Assembly: GCA_041615815.1 (NCBI GenBank)
Contig: JBFJCP010000009.1
Coordinates: forward strand, 63,091 to 127,090
Length of the DNA stretch: 64,000 nt
Origin: Gemmatimonadales bacterium
GTDB taxonomy: Bacteria; Gemmatimonadota; Gemmatimonadetes; Gemmatimonadales; GWC2-71-9
Reading direction: 5' to 3'
Shown here: one piece after another, positions 19,265-31,107 of the stretch
Layout of the letters: every line of letters starts with the position of its first letter
Numbering within the stretch: position 1 is the stretch's first letter
Position numbers and translations under genes: made by a program
Notes under the pieces: model-generated
What the model was told of the DNA's origin: nothing
The model's database searches: none
The model's input: only the letters and a program-made list of their open reading frames with translations

Positions 19265-19952
19265 GCGCCCGTTCCCAGCGGGCTTGTGCCTCCGCGAGCC
19301 GGCCGTACACCGGTTCCAGCTCGGACGGGTCTGCAGCCACCGCCGTGGCGCCCGTGACGGCGAGGAGTTCGAGGAGCGCGCTCGCCCGTGGAGCGCCCAC
19401 TGGCGGCCCAACCGCCGGCCGACCCGTCCACTGCTCGATGAGCGCCGCGTGGGCCACGGCCCCATCTCCTACGGCGAGACCCGGCGGTGTGGGACAGCGT
19501 TGCATGACCTCGGCCACTGTGGTTCGCAGCGGCTCCTGAACCACCCTCACGGCGGCCCCTGAGAAATCGTACACCGCGGCAAACACCTCGCCCCTCAGAG
19601 CATCGTACATGGCCGCGACCGCGCCGGGTGTGAACGGGTGGGCCTGCCAGGCCGTCGCCATGAGGGAAGGAACCGTGCGGAGCTCCAGCTCGTCGAATTG
19701 TCGGACTAGTCCCTTGGCCGTGGCGAACCCGATTCGAAGACCCGTGAAGCTTCCCGGGCCGTCCGCCACAACGATCCCTGCCAGATCGCCGAATCCCACA
19801 CCGCCCAAGCGGAGCACCTCCCGCACGGCCGGCACGAGCGTGGCCGCGTGCCGACGGTCGGACACCACAGCCTCGGCCAACGCATGCCCCGGCTCCCCCA
19901 CGGCCACACTCCCCATGTCAGTGGCTGTTTCGATGGCAAGGACGAGGCTCAC
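19224..19952 (-). CDS. tsaB: t6A biosynthesis protein TsaB
   Basis: LAIETAT, GPGSFTGLRIG and DALRGEVF motifs. Confidence 0.93.
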   Translation of the reverse strand: MSLVLAIETATDMGSVAVGEPGHALAEAVVSDRRHAATLVPAVREVLRLGGVGFGDLAGIVVADGPGSFTGLRIGFATAKGLVRQFDELELRTVPSLMATAWQAHPFTPGAVAAMYDALRGEVFAAVYDFSGAAVRVVQEPLRTTVAEVMQRCPTPPGLAVGDGAVAHAALIEQWTGRPAVGPPVGAPRASALLELLAVTGATAVAADPSELEPVYGRLAEAQARWERAHGRRLPDPDRSAR

Positions 19953-20380
19953 CGTATCCGCTCCACGATCCGTCGATCCGGATCCTCGTGATGGTCGAAC
20001 CGTAGCTCGCACGTCGGGGACGGTGCGTATGCGCCCGCGCGCTCCGGCCATTCGACGGCGAGCAGCCGAGCCCGCCGCTCGAGCCCGGGAAAATCGAGAT
20101 CGAGCGCCTCTTGCGGATCACGGAGACGATAGCAGTCAGCGTGGATAATACTCCCAGCGGGTGACTGGTATTCGTGCACGAGGGCGAACGTGGGACTCCG
20201 GGCCGGCTCCGCGTGCGCTGCGCGCGCCAGCGCCTGCACGAAGGTGGTCTTGCCAGTCCCCAGATCGCCGCGAAGCCACACGACGGCCCCGGGTGGAAGC
20301 TCGTGCCAGAGGACCGCAGCCGCTTCCTCCAGCGCTTCGAGCGAGAGGGTGCGGCGTTCCCGCACTTCGAGGCTAGCCAC
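19949..20380 (-). CDS. tsaE: t6A biosynthesis ATPase TsaE
   Basis: [23 protein letters not shown] and VEWPER motifs; start uncertain. Confidence 0.92.
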   Translation of the reverse strand: MASLEVRERRTLSLEALEEAAAVLWHELPPGAVVWLRGDLGTGKTTFVQALARAAHAEPARSPTFALVHEYQSPAGSIIHADCYRLRDPQEALDLDFPGLERRARLLAVEWPERAGAYAPSPTCELRFDHHEDPDRRIVERIR

Positions 20381-22415
20381 GTCGCGAGCCGGCCCGCCGG
20401 CGTCCATCCTGGGCACCGCGTGGCTTGCGACGCACGGGATCCCCCTCGGCCCTCAGCTCGAGGAGCTGATCCCGCAGTCGAGCCGCCGATTCGAAGTCCA
20501 GCTCGGCCGCGGCCTCGTGCATCTGCCGCTCCAGCAGTTGGATCATGCCGTCGCGATCGAGACCATCGTCCACCGCGGTCGGCTGCGCCGCCACCTCGCG
20601 GGCCCGCGCGTCCGCCACACGAGTCACCAGACGCACCTGGTCGACGGATTTACGAATCGACGTTGGCGTGATGTCGTGTTCGCGGTTGTGCTCCTCCTGC
20701 ATGCCACGGCGCCGGTCCATCTCAGCGAGCGCCCGCTCCATCGAGCCGGTGACGCGATCGGCGTACAGCACCGCACGCCCGCGCTCGTTGCGCGCCGCCC
20801 GACCCACCGTCTGGATCAGCGAGCGGTCGGAACGAAGAAAGCCCTCCTGATCGGCATCCAGAATCGCCACGAGTGCCACCTCAGGGAGATCGAGTCCCTC
20901 ACGCAGCAGGTTGATACCCACCAAAACATCGAACTCACCGAGCCGCAGCCCTCGAACGATTTCCATTCGCTCGATGGCATCGATGTCCGAGTGCATGTAG
21001 CGCACGCGCACACCCATTTGCTGGAGATAGTCCGTCAGATCCTCGGCCATGCGCTTTGTCAGGGTCGTGACGAGTACTCGTTCCCCGTCGGCTTCGCACC
21101 GGCGGATCTCCGCGAGCAGGTCGTCCACCTGTCCCCGGATCGGCCGTACCTGTACGAGGGGATCGATCAGCCCCGTGGGACGAATGATCTGCTCGACCAC
21201 CACACCACCCGAGAGCTCGAGCTCTGGATCTCCCGGTGTCGCCGACACGAAAAGCATTCGGGGCGTGAGCGCCATGAACTCTTGAAAATTGAGCGGCCGA
21301 TTGTCGAGGGCCGACGGAAGACGAAAGCCGTGCTCTACGAGCGTGAGCTTGCGTGACCGATCGCCGGCGTACATCCCACCGACCTGCGGGAGCGTGACGT
21401 GGGATTCATCGATGATCGTGAGGTACTCGTCCGGGAAATAGTCCAACAGACATGCCGGTCGTTCCCCTGGCTGTCGCCCGTCGACGTGCCGACTGTAATT
21501 CTCGACCCCGGCGCACGTGCCCACTTCGAGCAACATGTCGATGTCGAACAGGGTGCGGGATTCGAGCCGTTGCGCTTCCAGCAGACGCCCCTGACTGCGG
21601 AGCTCACCGAGCCGTTCGGCGAGCTCGATCCGGATGGCTTTGACGGCGCGCTCGACCGTGGGACGCGTGGTCACGTAATGCGTCGCCGGATAGACGGCCG
21701 CGCGCGCCAGCCGCGAAAAGACGTGGCCGCGCAGGGGATCGATCTTCGAAATCCGTTCCACCGTGTCGCCCCAGAACTCGATCCGTACGGCTTGCTCTTC
21801 GTAAACGGGAAAGACTTCGACGGTGTCGCCTCGCACGCGAAACGTGCCAGGCTCGAAGGAGACATCATTGCGATGATACTGGATGCCAACCAGATCCTCG
21901 AGGACTGCATCCCGGGCGCGCTCCTCTCCCTCGTGCACCAGCAACATCCGGGCGCGGTACTCCGCTGGACTCCCCAACCCGTAGATCGCACTGACGGACG
22001 CCACGATGATCACATCGTCCCGCTCCATCAGGCTCGACGTCGCGCGCAGCCGCAGCCGGTCGATATCATCGTTGATCGAGGCGTCTTTTTCGATGTACGT
22101 GTCGGTGGCGGGGACGTATGCCTCGGGCTGGTAATAATCGTAGTACGAGATGAAGTATTCCACCGCGTTGCGCGGGAAGAACGACTTGAGCTCGCCGTAG
22201 AGTTGCGCCGCCAACGTCTTGTTGTGGGAAAGCACGAGCGTGGGTCGGCCCCACTGCGCGATCACGTGCGCCATGGTGACGGTCTTCCCCGACCCGGTCA
22301 CGCCGAGCAGCGTTTGATACCGGTCGTCGCGGCGGAGACCGTGGACCAGCTCGGCGATGGCGCGGGGTTGGTCGCCAGCAGGCTGGAACGGGATGTCGAG
22401 GTCGAAGCTTGCCAT
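20373..22415 (-). CDS. uvrB: excinuclease ABC subunit B
   Basis: [22 protein letters not shown] and C-terminal UVR motif. Confidence 0.98.
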   Translation of the reverse strand: MASFDLDIPFQPAGDQPRAIAELVHGLRRDDRYQTLLGVTGSGKTVTMAHVIAQWGRPTLVLSHNKTLAAQLYGELKSFFPRNAVEYFISYYDYYQPEAYVPATDTYIEKDASINDDIDRLRLRATSSLMERDDVIIVASVSAIYGLGSPAEYRARMLLVHEGEERARDAVLEDLVGIQYHRNDVSFEPGTFRVRGDTVEVFPVYEEQAVRIEFWGDTVERISKIDPLRGHVFSRLARAAVYPATHYVTTRPTVERAVKAIRIELAERLGELRSQGRLLEAQRLESRTLFDIDMLLEVGTCAGVENYSRHVDGRQPGERPACLLDYFPDEYLTIIDESHVTLPQVGGMYAGDRSRKLTLVEHGFRLPSALDNRPLNFQEFMALTPRMLFVSATPGDPELELSGGVVVEQIIRPTGLIDPLVQVRPIRGQVDDLLAEIRRCEADGERVLVTTLTKRMAEDLTDYLQQMGVRVRYMHSDIDAIERMEIVRGLRLGEFDVLVGINLLREGLDLPEVALVAILDADQEGFLRSDRSLIQTVGRAARNERGRAVLYADRVTGSMERALAEMDRRRGMQEEHNREHDITPTSIRKSVDQVRLVTRVADARAREVAAQPTAVDDGLDRDGMIQLLERQMHEAAAELDFESAARLRDQLLELRAEGDPVRRKPRGAQDGRRRAGSRRG

Positions 22416-22496
22416 GGGTGAAGGATACTAACGGGAAGCGGGAAGCAGGGAGCAGGAGGGTGGTTGGCCTCGATCCTCCCGCGTCGCGCTCCCGGT

Positions 22497-24680
22497 CTAC
22501 TTGGGGTCGACGGTTGCCGCTCGGGCTGGGGGCTCTCGTCGCTCGACTTCCGAGACCCCTTTCACGCGGCGCATCGTCCGCATCACCTTCGCCAAGTGCG
22601 TGTGATTCTCCACCTCCACGAGCACCGAGCCAAACATCGCGCCGTCCTTGCTGGCCAGCTCCGCACTTCGAATGTTCGTACCCGTGTGGGAGATGGCCGT
22701 CATGAGATCGGCGTAGAGCCCCCGCCGATCCTCCCCCACGACTCCCAGACAGACCACGAACACCTCCCCCTCCATCTTCTGCCAATCGATCTCCACCCGC
22801 CGCTCGGGATCGTCCGACATTGTGAGCAAGTTGGGACAGTCGGCGCGGTGAATCGAGATACCCCGGCCTTTGGTGACGTAGCCAACGACGGCGTCGCCCG
22901 GCACGGGTTGGCAGCACTGCGCGTAGCGAACCATCAACCCATCGACCCCGTGAATCCGCACACCGCGACCGAGGCGGATTCGGTCGAGCACCCGGCCAAA
23001 CGCCGTGGGTTTGGGTGCATGGAGCTCGTCGGTGGGCCGCTCCGGGTACACCGCCTTGATCACCTGTCCGATGGGGGTATCGCCGCGCCCCAGAACCTGG
23101 TACAGCGAATCGACCGACCCCACCGACAGCCGATCGGCTGCGATGCCGAGCGTCCTCTCGTCCGGCATGTCGAGCCGCCGGCGCCGAAGCTCGCGCGCCA
23201 AAATCTCCTTGCCCAAGGCGATGCTGCGCTCCGCCTCCTCTTCCTTGATCCAGCGACGGATCTTGTGGCGTGCGCGTGCAGTGCGCACGTGGTTGAGCCA
23301 GTCTTTGCTCGGCCGGGCGTGCGGTGACGTCAGCACCTCGACGGTATCACCGTTCTTGAGCGCGCGGTGCAGCGGAGCGATTCGTCCGTTCACGCGGGCC
23401 CCCTGGCAGTGCAGTCCCACTTCGGTATGGACCTCGAAGGCGAAATCGATGGCGCTCGCGTCCTTCGGCAGCCGCTTGACGTCGCCCTTCGGCGTGAAGA
23501 CGAAAATCTCGTCCTGATAGAGGTCGACTTTGAGGAATTCCAGGAACTCCTCGGGACTGTGCGCATCCTGCTGCAGTTCCAAGAGCTGTCGGAACCACTC
23601 GAACTGACTGTCGATGTCGTCCCGGCCACGGCCTTCTTTGTAGACCCAGTGTGCCGCCAGGCCGTACTCCGCCGTCCGGTGCATCTCCCAGGTCCGAATC
23701 TGAATCTCGTAGAGCTGTCCCCCGGGCCCGAAGATCGTCGTGTGCAGAGACTGATATCCGTTGGACTTGGGGGAGGCGATGTAATCCTTGATGCGTTCTT
23801 GGAGTGGCGTCCAATTGTGATGGATCACGCCCAGGACGTGGTAGCAATCCCGCACACTCGAGACCAGCACACGCACCGCCATGAGATCGTAGATCTCCTC
23901 CAGCGGCATGCCTCGGTGTTTCATCTTCCGATAGATGGACCACAGGTGCTTGGGCCGGCCCGTGACCTCGAACTCCGCGATCCCCGCGCGCCGCAGACCG
24001 TCCTCCAGAGGACCCTGGAGCCGCTGAATCAACTCCGAGCGCTCGTCTCGTCTCGCGCGGAGGGTATCGGCGAGCGCGCGGTACTCATCGGCCTCCAAAA
24101 ACTTGAACGAGAGATCTTCCAGCTCGGCCTTAATGCCCCCCATCCCGAAGCGGTGCGCGAGCGGCGCATAGATCTCCCGCGTCTCCCGGGCAATGCGTGC
24201 GCGCCGATCGGGAGGGAGATGCTCGAGCGTCCGCATATTGTGCAACCGGTCGGCGAGCTTCACGAAGATCACCCGCGCGTCTTTGGCGATCGAGAGCAGG
24301 AGCTTCCGGTAATTCTCGACCTGCTCCTCCGCCGCCGAACGAAACCGGAGGTGTGAGATCTTGGTGAGTCCGTCTACGATGCCGCCGACTTCGATTCCAA
24401 AACGCTCTTTGATTTCGTCGAGCGTGACGTCGGAGTCTTCGGCCACATCGTGGAGCAGCGCGGCCGCGATGGTGACCGTATCCAACTGTTGATCCACCAG
24501 CACCTTGGCCACGCCGATGGCATGCGAGATGAAGTCATCCCCCGACAGCCGCTTTTGGCCGCGATGGGCCGCCGTGCTGAATTCCAGCGCGCGCTCGATC
24601 AAGTCCAGGTCCAACCGGTCTTTCCGGTGGGCCAGGGCTTCGGCAAACGAGGCGTCAATACTCGTCAGCGCGCCGGTCAC
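22497..24680 (-). CDS. relA: bifunctional (p)ppGpp synthetase/hydrolase
   Basis: LLHDVAED, KLADRLHNMRT, NGYQSLHT, EIQIRT, plus TGS and ACT domains. Confidence 0.96.
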   Translation of the reverse strand: MTGALTSIDASFAEALAHRKDRLDLDLIERALEFSTAAHRGQKRLSGDDFISHAIGVAKVLVDQQLDTVTIAAALLHDVAEDSDVTLDEIKERFGIEVGGIVDGLTKISHLRFRSAAEEQVENYRKLLLSIAKDARVIFVKLADRLHNMRTLEHLPPDRRARIARETREIYAPLAHRFGMGGIKAELEDLSFKFLEADEYRALADTLRARRDERSELIQRLQGPLEDGLRRAGIAEFEVTGRPKHLWSIYRKMKHRGMPLEEIYDLMAVRVLVSSVRDCYHVLGVIHHNWTPLQERIKDYIASPKSNGYQSLHTTIFGPGGQLYEIQIRTWEMHRTAEYGLAAHWVYKEGRGRDDIDSQFEWFRQLLELQQDAHSPEEFLEFLKVDLYQDEIFVFTPKGDVKRLPKDASAIDFAFEVHTEVGLHCQGARVNGRIAPLHRALKNGDTVEVLTSPHARPSKDWLNHVRTARARHKIRRWIKEEEAERSIALGKEILARELRRRRLDMPDERTLGIAADRLSVGSVDSLYQVLGRGDTPIGQVIKAVYPERPTDELHAPKPTAFGRVLDRIRLGRGVRIHGVDGLMVRYAQCCQPVPGDAVVGYVTKGRGISIHRADCPNLLTMSDDPERRVEIDWQKMEGEVFVVCLGVVGEDRRGLYADLMTAISHTGTNIRSAELASKDGAMFGSVLVEVENHTHLAKVMRTMRRVKGVSEVERREPPARAATVDPK

Positions 24681-25363
24681 AGCAGTCCAGCCTCCGCAAA
24701 ACTGAAGTAATGGTCTCCCGCCACGATCACGTGATCGTACACCGGGATGTCCAGAAGGCGCCCAGCATCCGCCAGCTGGGTCGTAACCCCACGATCCTCC
24801 GCGGACGGGGTCGGATTCCCGGACGGATGGTTGTGGACCACGATCACGCCCGCCGCGGCCTCCGCGATGGCCGCCCGGAACACTTCGCGAGGATGCACCA
24901 ACGAACTGTTCAGGATGCCGCGCGTGATCAGCAGATCGCGGGTCACGCGATTCTGCGTGTCGAGGGTGAGTAGGTGAAACTCTTCGACGACCAAATCGCG
25001 TAACGCCGGTCCACAGCGCTTCCCGATGTCGGCTGGCGAGCGCACCTGAAACGGCGTGTCGGCAGCCGAGTCCATCAGGCGGCGCCCGAGCTCCAGTGCC
25101 GCCGCCACCCGGGCAGCCTTGGCCGGTCCGACCCCTGGCAACCGGATCAACTCCCCCGGAAGCCGCCGGGCAAGCCCACGGAGGGAGCCGCCCCCCAAGG
25201 CCAGCACGCTTCGGGCCAGCGCGAGCGCGTCATTCCTCGCGGTACCCGTCCCCATCAGAATGGCCAGGAGCTCCACCACCGTCAACGCGCTGGGGCCATG
25301 CGTGGCCAACCGTTCGCGGGGGCGCTCGGGCCCCAGGGACTCAGCGATCCGCAAGTCCTGCAT
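24677..25363 (-). CDS. radC: RadC/UPF0758 JAB-domain protein
   Basis: ERPRERL, VHPREVF, HNHPSGNPTPS and DHVI motifs; start could be 25378. Confidence 0.93.
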   Translation of the reverse strand: MQDLRIAESLGPERPRERLATHGPSALTVVELLAILMGTGTARNDALALARSVLALGGGSLRGLARRLPGELIRLPGVGPAKAARVAAALELGRRLMDSAADTPFQVRSPADIGKRCGPALRDLVVEEFHLLTLDTQNRVTRDLLITRGILNSSLVHPREVFRAAIAEAAAGVIVVHNHPSGNPTPSAEDRGVTTQLADAGRLLDIPVYDHVIVAGDHYFSFAEAGLL

Positions 25364-25551
25364 GGAGTTAAGGATCATGGCGCGGGGCCGGCAGAGCTAA
25401 CGGGATTCGCGCGTCCCGGAGCCGAAATGGCAGGCAGCGACGGCAGACGGGCAGAGCCGGCTGGAGGGGCTACGGCGGGACGGCCAGGCCGCTCATTGCG
25501 GCAGGGCGTCGCCGCTGCCCTGGGATCAACGCGGTGGCGAGCCGCCGGAGC

Positions 25552-28500
25552 CTATGCTCCGTGACACTTTTTGTACTTCTTGCCGCTGCCGCAGGGGCAC
25601 GGATCGTTCCGGCCCACCTTCGCACCGGTCCGTTGGACCGGGGCGCGGGCCGCGGCCTCGCCGCCGTCCGGTCCTCGATTGGTCACCATGGCGCGCGGGG
25701 CCATGGCCGCAGCGGGCACCGCCCCCGGCATCATCAGATCGGCGTCGGACGCCGGGTGCTCCGCCGTGACGGGTGGCGGCGGCGGCCGGCGCATCCGGTC
25801 CGGGGGCTCGCCGCCCACCTGAACCTGGAACTTGAAGAACCGCTCAGTGAAGGTGGACCGAATGTCGTTCATCAAGTCCACGAACATGTCGAAGGCTTCC
25901 TTCTTGTACTCGATGAGCGGGTCTTTCTGGCCCCAGGCGCGGTACTGGATACCGCTGCGGAGATGGTCCAGCTCAAAAAGATGATCCTTCCACTTCTCGT
26001 CAATGAGCGAGAGCATCACGTGGGAGAGCACCTTCTCGGCGAGATTCTCGGCGTTGTAGCGCCCACCGAGTTCATCCCAGGACGTGAGCTTCGCGCGGAA
26101 GGACTCCTGACCCGCTTGCTTGAGGCGCGTTTCGAGTGCGTGGTGGTCGGGGACCTTTTCGGGATCCTTGACGTCCGGAACCGAGATCAGATACCGCATG
26201 AGGAGATCCGTGGCCAAGAACTCGCGGTCCCACTCTTCCGGCCGCTCGTCCGGTTCGACTCGGGCGTACCCCTCGAGGGCGTGCTCGATCATTCGCACAG
26301 CCTCGGCTTTCAGCTCCTCCCCTCCCTCGAGCGCGAACAGGCGGAGCGAGTAGATAACCTCCCGCTGTTGGTTCATGACGTCGTCGTATTCCAGGAGCCG
26401 CTTGCGCGCCTGGAAGTTTTGCAGCTCGACGCGCTTTTGCGCGTTCTCAATGGCTTTGGTCACCCACGGGTGCGTAATCACCTCGCCATCTTCCACGCCC
26501 GCCTTCTCCATGATCCGGGCCACCCGCTCGGACATGAACAGACGCATGAGCCGGTCCTCCAGCGAGAGGAAGAACAAGCTCTGCCCGGGATCACCCTGAC
26601 GCCCGGAGCGTCCCCGTAACTGTCGATCGATCCGGCGCGCATCGTGGCGCTCGGTTCCGAGCACCACCAGACCACAGGGCGGATCGTTGTTGCACCCGAG
26701 CTGTTTGATTTCTTGGTCCGAAAGGTCGGGGACTTCCTGGGTCTGCCCGAAGGGGGCGAGTTTCGCCTTGATCCCGCAGACCTGGCACTTTTTGACTCCC
26801 ATCTGGAGTTTGATGTCGGTGCCCCGCCCTGCCATGTTGGTGGCGATGGTGATGGCCGCTGGGCGTCCGGCCTGCGCCACGATCTCCGCTTCCCGTTCGT
26901 GCTGCTTGGCGTTCAAGACCTCGTGCTTGAGCCCACGCCGCTTGAGCATCCGCGCCAGTGTTTCCGAGACCTCGACGCTCGTGGTCCCCACCAGCACCGG
27001 GAGGCCCCGTTCGTGCTGGCGGCTGATCTCCTCGATGATCGCGTTGTATTTCTCGCGGCGTGTCTGGTAGATCTGGTCGTCCACATCGATGCGGCGCACC
27101 GGCCGATTGGTGGGGATGACCATGACCTCCAGGCCATAGATCTGGAAGAACTCCGTCTCCTCGGTTTCGGCCGTTCCCGTCATCCCAGACAGCTTGTCGT
27201 ACATCCGGAAGTAGTTTTGAATCGTGATAGTCGCGAGCGTTTGCGTCTCACCGCGGACCGTCACCCCTTCCTTGGCCTCGATGGCCTGATGCAGCCCGTC
27301 GGACCAGCGCCGTCCCGGCAGAATGCGGCCGGTGAATTCGTCGACGATGAATACCTGCCCGTCCTGCACGACGTACTCCACATCCTTCTCGTACAGGGCG
27401 TGGGCCTGGAGCAGTTTGTGGATGATGGTGAGCTTCTCGCTCTTTTCGGCGTATTCCGCTTCCAGGCTTCGACGGCGCTCGACCTTCTCTTCTGCCGAGA
27501 GCGTCTCATCGTGGTCGATGGCGCCCATTTCCTCGGAGATGTCCGGGACGATGAAGAGATCCGGGTCGTCCGGACTCATCGTCTCTACCCCCCGATCCGT
27601 GAGGTGGACGGAGCGGCCTTTCTCGTCCATGACGAAGTAGAGGTCTTCCTCGAGATCCCGAAACCGCTGCTGGCCGGGCGGGAGCTTTCGATCGGCGATG
27701 CGATCCAACTCCACCCGTTGCACCACCTGCTGAATCTGCGGTTCCTGCATCAGCTTCATGAGCCGCTTGTTCCTGGGCGTCCCGAGTCGGGCGAGGTAGG
27801 TCTTGACCGCAGCATCGTAATCGGAGGGATCCCGTTCGAGCGTGGGCTCTACATCCGCGATGAGTTGGTTGACGACGGCCATCTGTTTCCGCGCCAGGGT
27901 CTGCACCTGCGTGTTGAAGGCGCGGTATTTCTGATCGGACTCATTGCCCACGGGACCGGAGATGATCAGGGGGGTTCGCGCCTCGTCCACCAGAATGCTG
28001 TCTACCTCGTCGATGATGGCGAACGTATGCTCTCGCTGCACGCGCTGGTCCAGCGAGAACACCATGTTGTCCCGGAGATAGTCGAAGCCGAACTCGTTGT
28101 TGGTCCCGTACGTAATGTCGCACTGATACGCGGCGCGCCGTTCCGGGCTCGACGGTTCGGTGTTGTCGATACATCCGACGGTGAGACCGAGATACTGGAA
28201 CAAATGTCCCATCCACTGCGAGTCGCGCCGTGCCAAATAGTCGTTGACGGTGACCAGATGGGCCCCTTTGCCGGGGAGCGCGTTGAGGTAGAGCGGGAGG
28301 GTGGCCACGAGTGTTTTCCCCTCGCCGGTGGCCATCTCCGCGATCTTCCCTTGGTGGAGCACGAGTCCACCGATCAACTGGACGTCGTAGGGGACCATGT
28401 CCCAGGTCATCTCGTGACCCGTGACCACGACGGAGGTGCCCTGGAGCCGGCGGCACGCTTCGCGTACGGTGGCGAACGCCTCGGGCAGCAGGTCATCCAG

Positions 28501-28806
28501 AACGCCAGCGGTCTCCTTCTTCAGCTCGTCTTCGAGCCGGTGAACCTCGCGATCCAACGCATCTCGCAGCTCGGGATCTGCGCACCCGTGCTTCTCCTGG
28601 CGCTTGGCGTCCAGCTGCGCCTCGAGCGCGCCGAGCTGCTCTTCGAGCTTGGCCCGGAGCACGGTCGTCTGTCCCCGGACCTGTTCGTCGCTGTACGATG
28701 CAAGCTCGCGCTCGAACTCATGTATGCGATCGATGATAGGCTGAATCCGCTTGAGCTCACGCTCGAAGCGCGTGCCGATCACCTTGTTGACCAACGTCTT
28801 TAGCAT
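25552..28806 (-). CDS. secA: preprotein translocase subunit SecA
   Basis: [49 protein letters not shown] and C-terminal SEC-C motif. Confidence 0.98.
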   Translation of the reverse strand: MLKTLVNKVIGTRFERELKRIQPIIDRIHEFERELASYSDEQVRGQTTVLRAKLEEQLGALEAQLDAKRQEKHGCADPELRDALDREVHRLEDELKKETAGVLDDLLPEAFATVREACRRLQGTSVVVTGHEMTWDMVPYDVQLIGGLVLHQGKIAEMATGEGKTLVATLPLYLNALPGKGAHLVTVNDYLARRDSQWMGHLFQYLGLTVGCIDNTEPSSPERRAAYQCDITYGTNNEFGFDYLRDNMVFSLDQRVQREHTFAIIDEVDSILVDEARTPLIISGPVGNESDQKYRAFNTQVQTLARKQMAVVNQLIADVEPTLERDPSDYDAAVKTYLARLGTPRNKRLMKLMQEPQIQQVVQRVELDRIADRKLPPGQQRFRDLEEDLYFVMDEKGRSVHLTDRGVETMSPDDPDLFIVPDISEEMGAIDHDETLSAEEKVERRRSLEAEYAEKSEKLTIIHKLLQAHALYEKDVEYVVQDGQVFIVDEFTGRILPGRRWSDGLHQAIEAKEGVTVRGETQTLATITIQNYFRMYDKLSGMTGTAETEETEFFQIYGLEVMVIPTNRPVRRIDVDDQIYQTRREKYNAIIEEISRQHERGLPVLVGTTSVEVSETLARMLKRRGLKHEVLNAKQHEREAEIVAQAGRPAAITIATNMAGRGTDIKLQMGVKKCQVCGIKAKLAPFGQTQEVPDLSDQEIKQLGCNNDPPCGLVVLGTERHDARRIDRQLRGRSGRQGDPGQSLFFLSLEDRLMRLFMSERVARIMEKAGVEDGEVITHPWVTKAIENAQKRVELQNFQARKRLLEYDDVMNQQREVIYSLRLFALEGGEELKAEAVRMIEHALEGYARVEPDERPEEWDREFLATDLLMRYLISVPDVKDPEKVPDHHALETRLKQAGQESFRAKLTSWDELGGRYNAENLAEKVLSHVMLSLIDEKWKDHLFELDHLRSGIQYRAWGQKDPLIEYKKEAFDMFVDLMNDIRSTFTERFFKFQVQVGGEPPDRMRRPPPPPVTAEHPASDADLMMPGAVPAAAMAPRAMVTNRGPDGGEAAARAPVQRTGAKVGRNDPCPCGSGKKYKKCHGA

Positions 28807-29396
28807 GCGTCCCGTTCGGTTGTGTGCGTCGGAGCGGCGCGATAGAGCTGGCGCCGCTGGATGTACTCCTCCACCGCGGGGGGGACCAGGCGGCGCAACG
28901 ACTGCCCACGTCGCGCCTGTTCGCGCACCATCGTCGCCGAAATGTCCACGGCGGGGACCGGCAACGTGCGCGCGCCGGCCAGCCGTGCGTCGAATCCGGG
29001 CCGGGTGAGGACCACGACCTGAGCGAGATCCGAAATCGTCGCGACCTCATGCCACTGGGGAAAGTCGCGGGCCGCGTCCGCCCCAATCAGTAAAAATAAC
29101 TCATCGTCCGGATACTCGGCCCGAAGCGCCCGGAGCGTCTCCACGGTGTACGACGGCCCCGGACGGGCCAGCTCGCGACCATCCAACCGAAATCGAGGGT
29201 CGACGGCGATGGCGAGGCGCACCATCGTGGCGCGGTCGTGAGCGTCGGCGTGGTGGCGCTCCCGCTTGAAGGGCTGGGTCCGGGCTGGGACGAACAACAC
29301 AGTGTCCAGTGGAAGCTGGTCGGCGGCCGCCGCGGCAACGGTCAGGTGCCCCCGATGGATGGGGTCGAAGGATCCTCCCAAAATGCCGATGCGCAC
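28800..29396 (-). CDS. nadD: nicotinate-nucleotide adenylyltransferase
   Basis: [23 protein letters not shown] and ISATMVR motifs. Confidence 0.94.
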   Translation of the reverse strand: MRIGILGGSFDPIHRGHLTVAAAAADQLPLDTVLFVPARTQPFKRERHHADAHDRATMVRLAIAVDPRFRLDGRELARPGPSYTVETLRALRAEYPDDELFLLIGADAARDFPQWHEVATISDLAQVVVLTRPGFDARLAGARTLPVPAVDISATMVREQARRGQSLRRLVPPAVEEYIQRRQLYRAAPTHTTERDAC

Positions 29397-29403
29397 GTCG
29401 TCG

Positions 29404-30162
29404 TCAGAGCAAAGATGATGACAGCGGGCAGGCGTCGTCCAATTTCGGGGCGTCCGGATAGAACTGCCGCAGGTGTTCGCACGTCTCCCGCCGCTCTTCG
29501 ATGTAGCCGATCTTGCGATAGGCCTCGACCAGTTTGATGAGCGCCTGCGCGGCGAACTCGGAGCGCGGGTAGTTGGCGACCACATCCCGAAAATACAGGA
29601 TGGCGGAGTCGAACGCATTCAGCCGGAAATAGAAGTTCCCGGCCTTGTAGGTCTTTTCGGCGAACTTCTCGTTCAGGGCGGTGATCCGCTGGCTCGCTTG
29701 GGTGGCCACCGGACTGTCGGCATACCGCGCCAGCACTTCACGGTAGATCGCCATCGCCGTCTCACCGTACGTGGGATCCAGCTCGGCCCGCTTCCAGAGC
29801 TCGGCGTTCATGTCACCGGATCGGAGGAGCGCTTGCGGGGCCCGTGGGTGCTGCGGAAACTCATCCGCCACGCGACGGAACTCTCGGGCAGCCTCGATGC
29901 GGTTGCCCCCATCGCTGAGACAATCCGCCAGATAGAACCGCACGTCGGCCAACCGCGCGTCCCGCGGTGGCAGGTCGAACACGAGCTGCGTCAGCGCCGG
30001 GCGGGCCTTCCCGCAGTCGCCGGCCTCGTACCACGCAACCGCGGCCGCCATGAGCGAGTCCGCGTCCGGATACAGGGAGGGTTTGAACCCCCCACCGCAC
30101 GCCACAGCACCCCAGAGGGTGGCGCACACACCGAGCGTCAACAATCCCCGTTGCACGTGCAA
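29404..30162 (-). CDS. bamD: outer membrane protein assembly lipoprotein BamD
   Basis: Lipobox AVAC; TPR repeats; AGNFYFR...SAILYF...YPRS C-terminal pattern. Confidence 0.82.
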   Translation of the reverse strand: MHVQRGLLTLGVCATLWGAVACGGGFKPSLYPDADSLMAAAVAWYEAGDCGKARPALTQLVFDLPPRDARLADVRFYLADCLSDGGNRIEAAREFRRVADEFPQHPRAPQALLRSGDMNAELWKRAELDPTYGETAMAIYREVLARYADSPVATQASQRITALNEKFAEKTYKAGNFYFRLNAFDSAILYFRDVVANYPRSEFAAQALIKLVEAYRKIGYIEERRETCEHLRQFYPDAPKLDDACPLSSSLL

Positions 30163-30171
30163 TTGTACCCG

Positions 30172-31107
30172 CTATTGGTTGTCGGTTCCGGGTGCGCGAC
30201 CGATCAAGTTCAGTCGCTCGGCGGCGACCCGGGCCGTGGCATCGCCCGGTGGCGCTCCCTCCAGCGCCCGCTGATAGGCGGCGGCCGCACCAGCAAAGTC
30301 GCCTTGGGCGAGCCGCACATCGCCCAATCCCACATAGGCAGCCCGTTCATCCGGTCCTGCACCGGCCCCTTGGGCTGCACGTTGGAACCAGGCGGCCGCC
30401 GACTGCGGTTGCCCCCGATCCAGTGCGCGCTGTCCGAGCGCCAGCGCACACCGGGCCAGCTCTCGGCGCGCCTCCGGCACGACGGCGGGGACCCGCTCGC
30501 GTCGAACAATACTCTCGAGTGTCGATACGGCCTGCTCGCACCGACCAAGCCTGCGCTGGACCATGGCGTACACGTAGATGAGGGAGTCTTGGATGCGGGC
30601 GTCCGGAGCGCCGGCGGCGGCGAGGGTCAAGACGGCCAACGCTTCGGGCGAGCGGGGAACCTCGCCAAGCGAACGCGCAAGCTCGCCCGCGAACGGCCCC
30701 AACCCCCGGCCTGGTGCAACCCGCTGCAGCGCCGCGAGGGCGGCGGCGAGCGACGCCCGGTCCTGCTCCCGGATCGCGGCAGTGGCGACCTGTTCGAGCC
30801 CGGTGGCGGCTTCCTCCACCCGCCCGGCCCCGCCCTCGTCCGCCATGGCCAGGTATTCCTCGACCGCGGCGGTGAGGTCCCCAGACCGTAGCGCGGCCGC
30901 AGCGGCCTTGGCGCGCAAATCGGCGTCGGGAGCGTGCTGCACCAAGGCCAAGCGATATTCCGCAAGCGCGTCGGTGAACCGGCGCGTCGCGTACGCGCGG
31001 TCCCCCAGAACTTCGTGGTCGACGGCGGAGCCAAAACACCCGCTCGTAACGAGCGTCACCGCGAGGGCCACCGACCTCGTCGGTGCCCAGCTACTGAACC
31101 GCGCCAC
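30172..31107 (-). CDS. TPR lipoprotein
   Basis: Lipobox VTSGC; TPR motif AYVGLGDVRLAQGD. Confidence 0.7.
   Translation of the reverse strand: MARFSSWAPTRSVALAVTLVTSGCFGSAVDHEVLGDRAYATRRFTDALAEYRLALVQHAPDADLRAKAAAAALRSGDLTAAVEEYLAMADEGGAGRVEEAATGLEQVATAAIREQDRASLAAALAALQRVAPGRGLGPFAGELARSLGEVPRSPEALAVLTLAAAGAPDARIQDSLIYVYAMVQRRLGRCEQAVSTLESIVRRERVPAVVPEARRELARCALALGQRALDRGQPQSAAAWFQRAAQGAGAGPDERAAYVGLGDVRLAQGDFAGAAAAYQRALEGAPPGDATARVAAERLNLIGRAPGTDNQ

Noticed and set aside
24677..25363. radC as a mobile-element or defence marker
   Set aside because: Full-length chromosomal type coupled to relA/spoT, with no mobile genes nearby.
26644..28803. Long plus-strand ORFs (e.g. 719 aa here, 525-577 aa elsewhere)
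   Set aside because: Antisense shadows of real minus-strand genes in high-GC DNA; no recognisable motifs.
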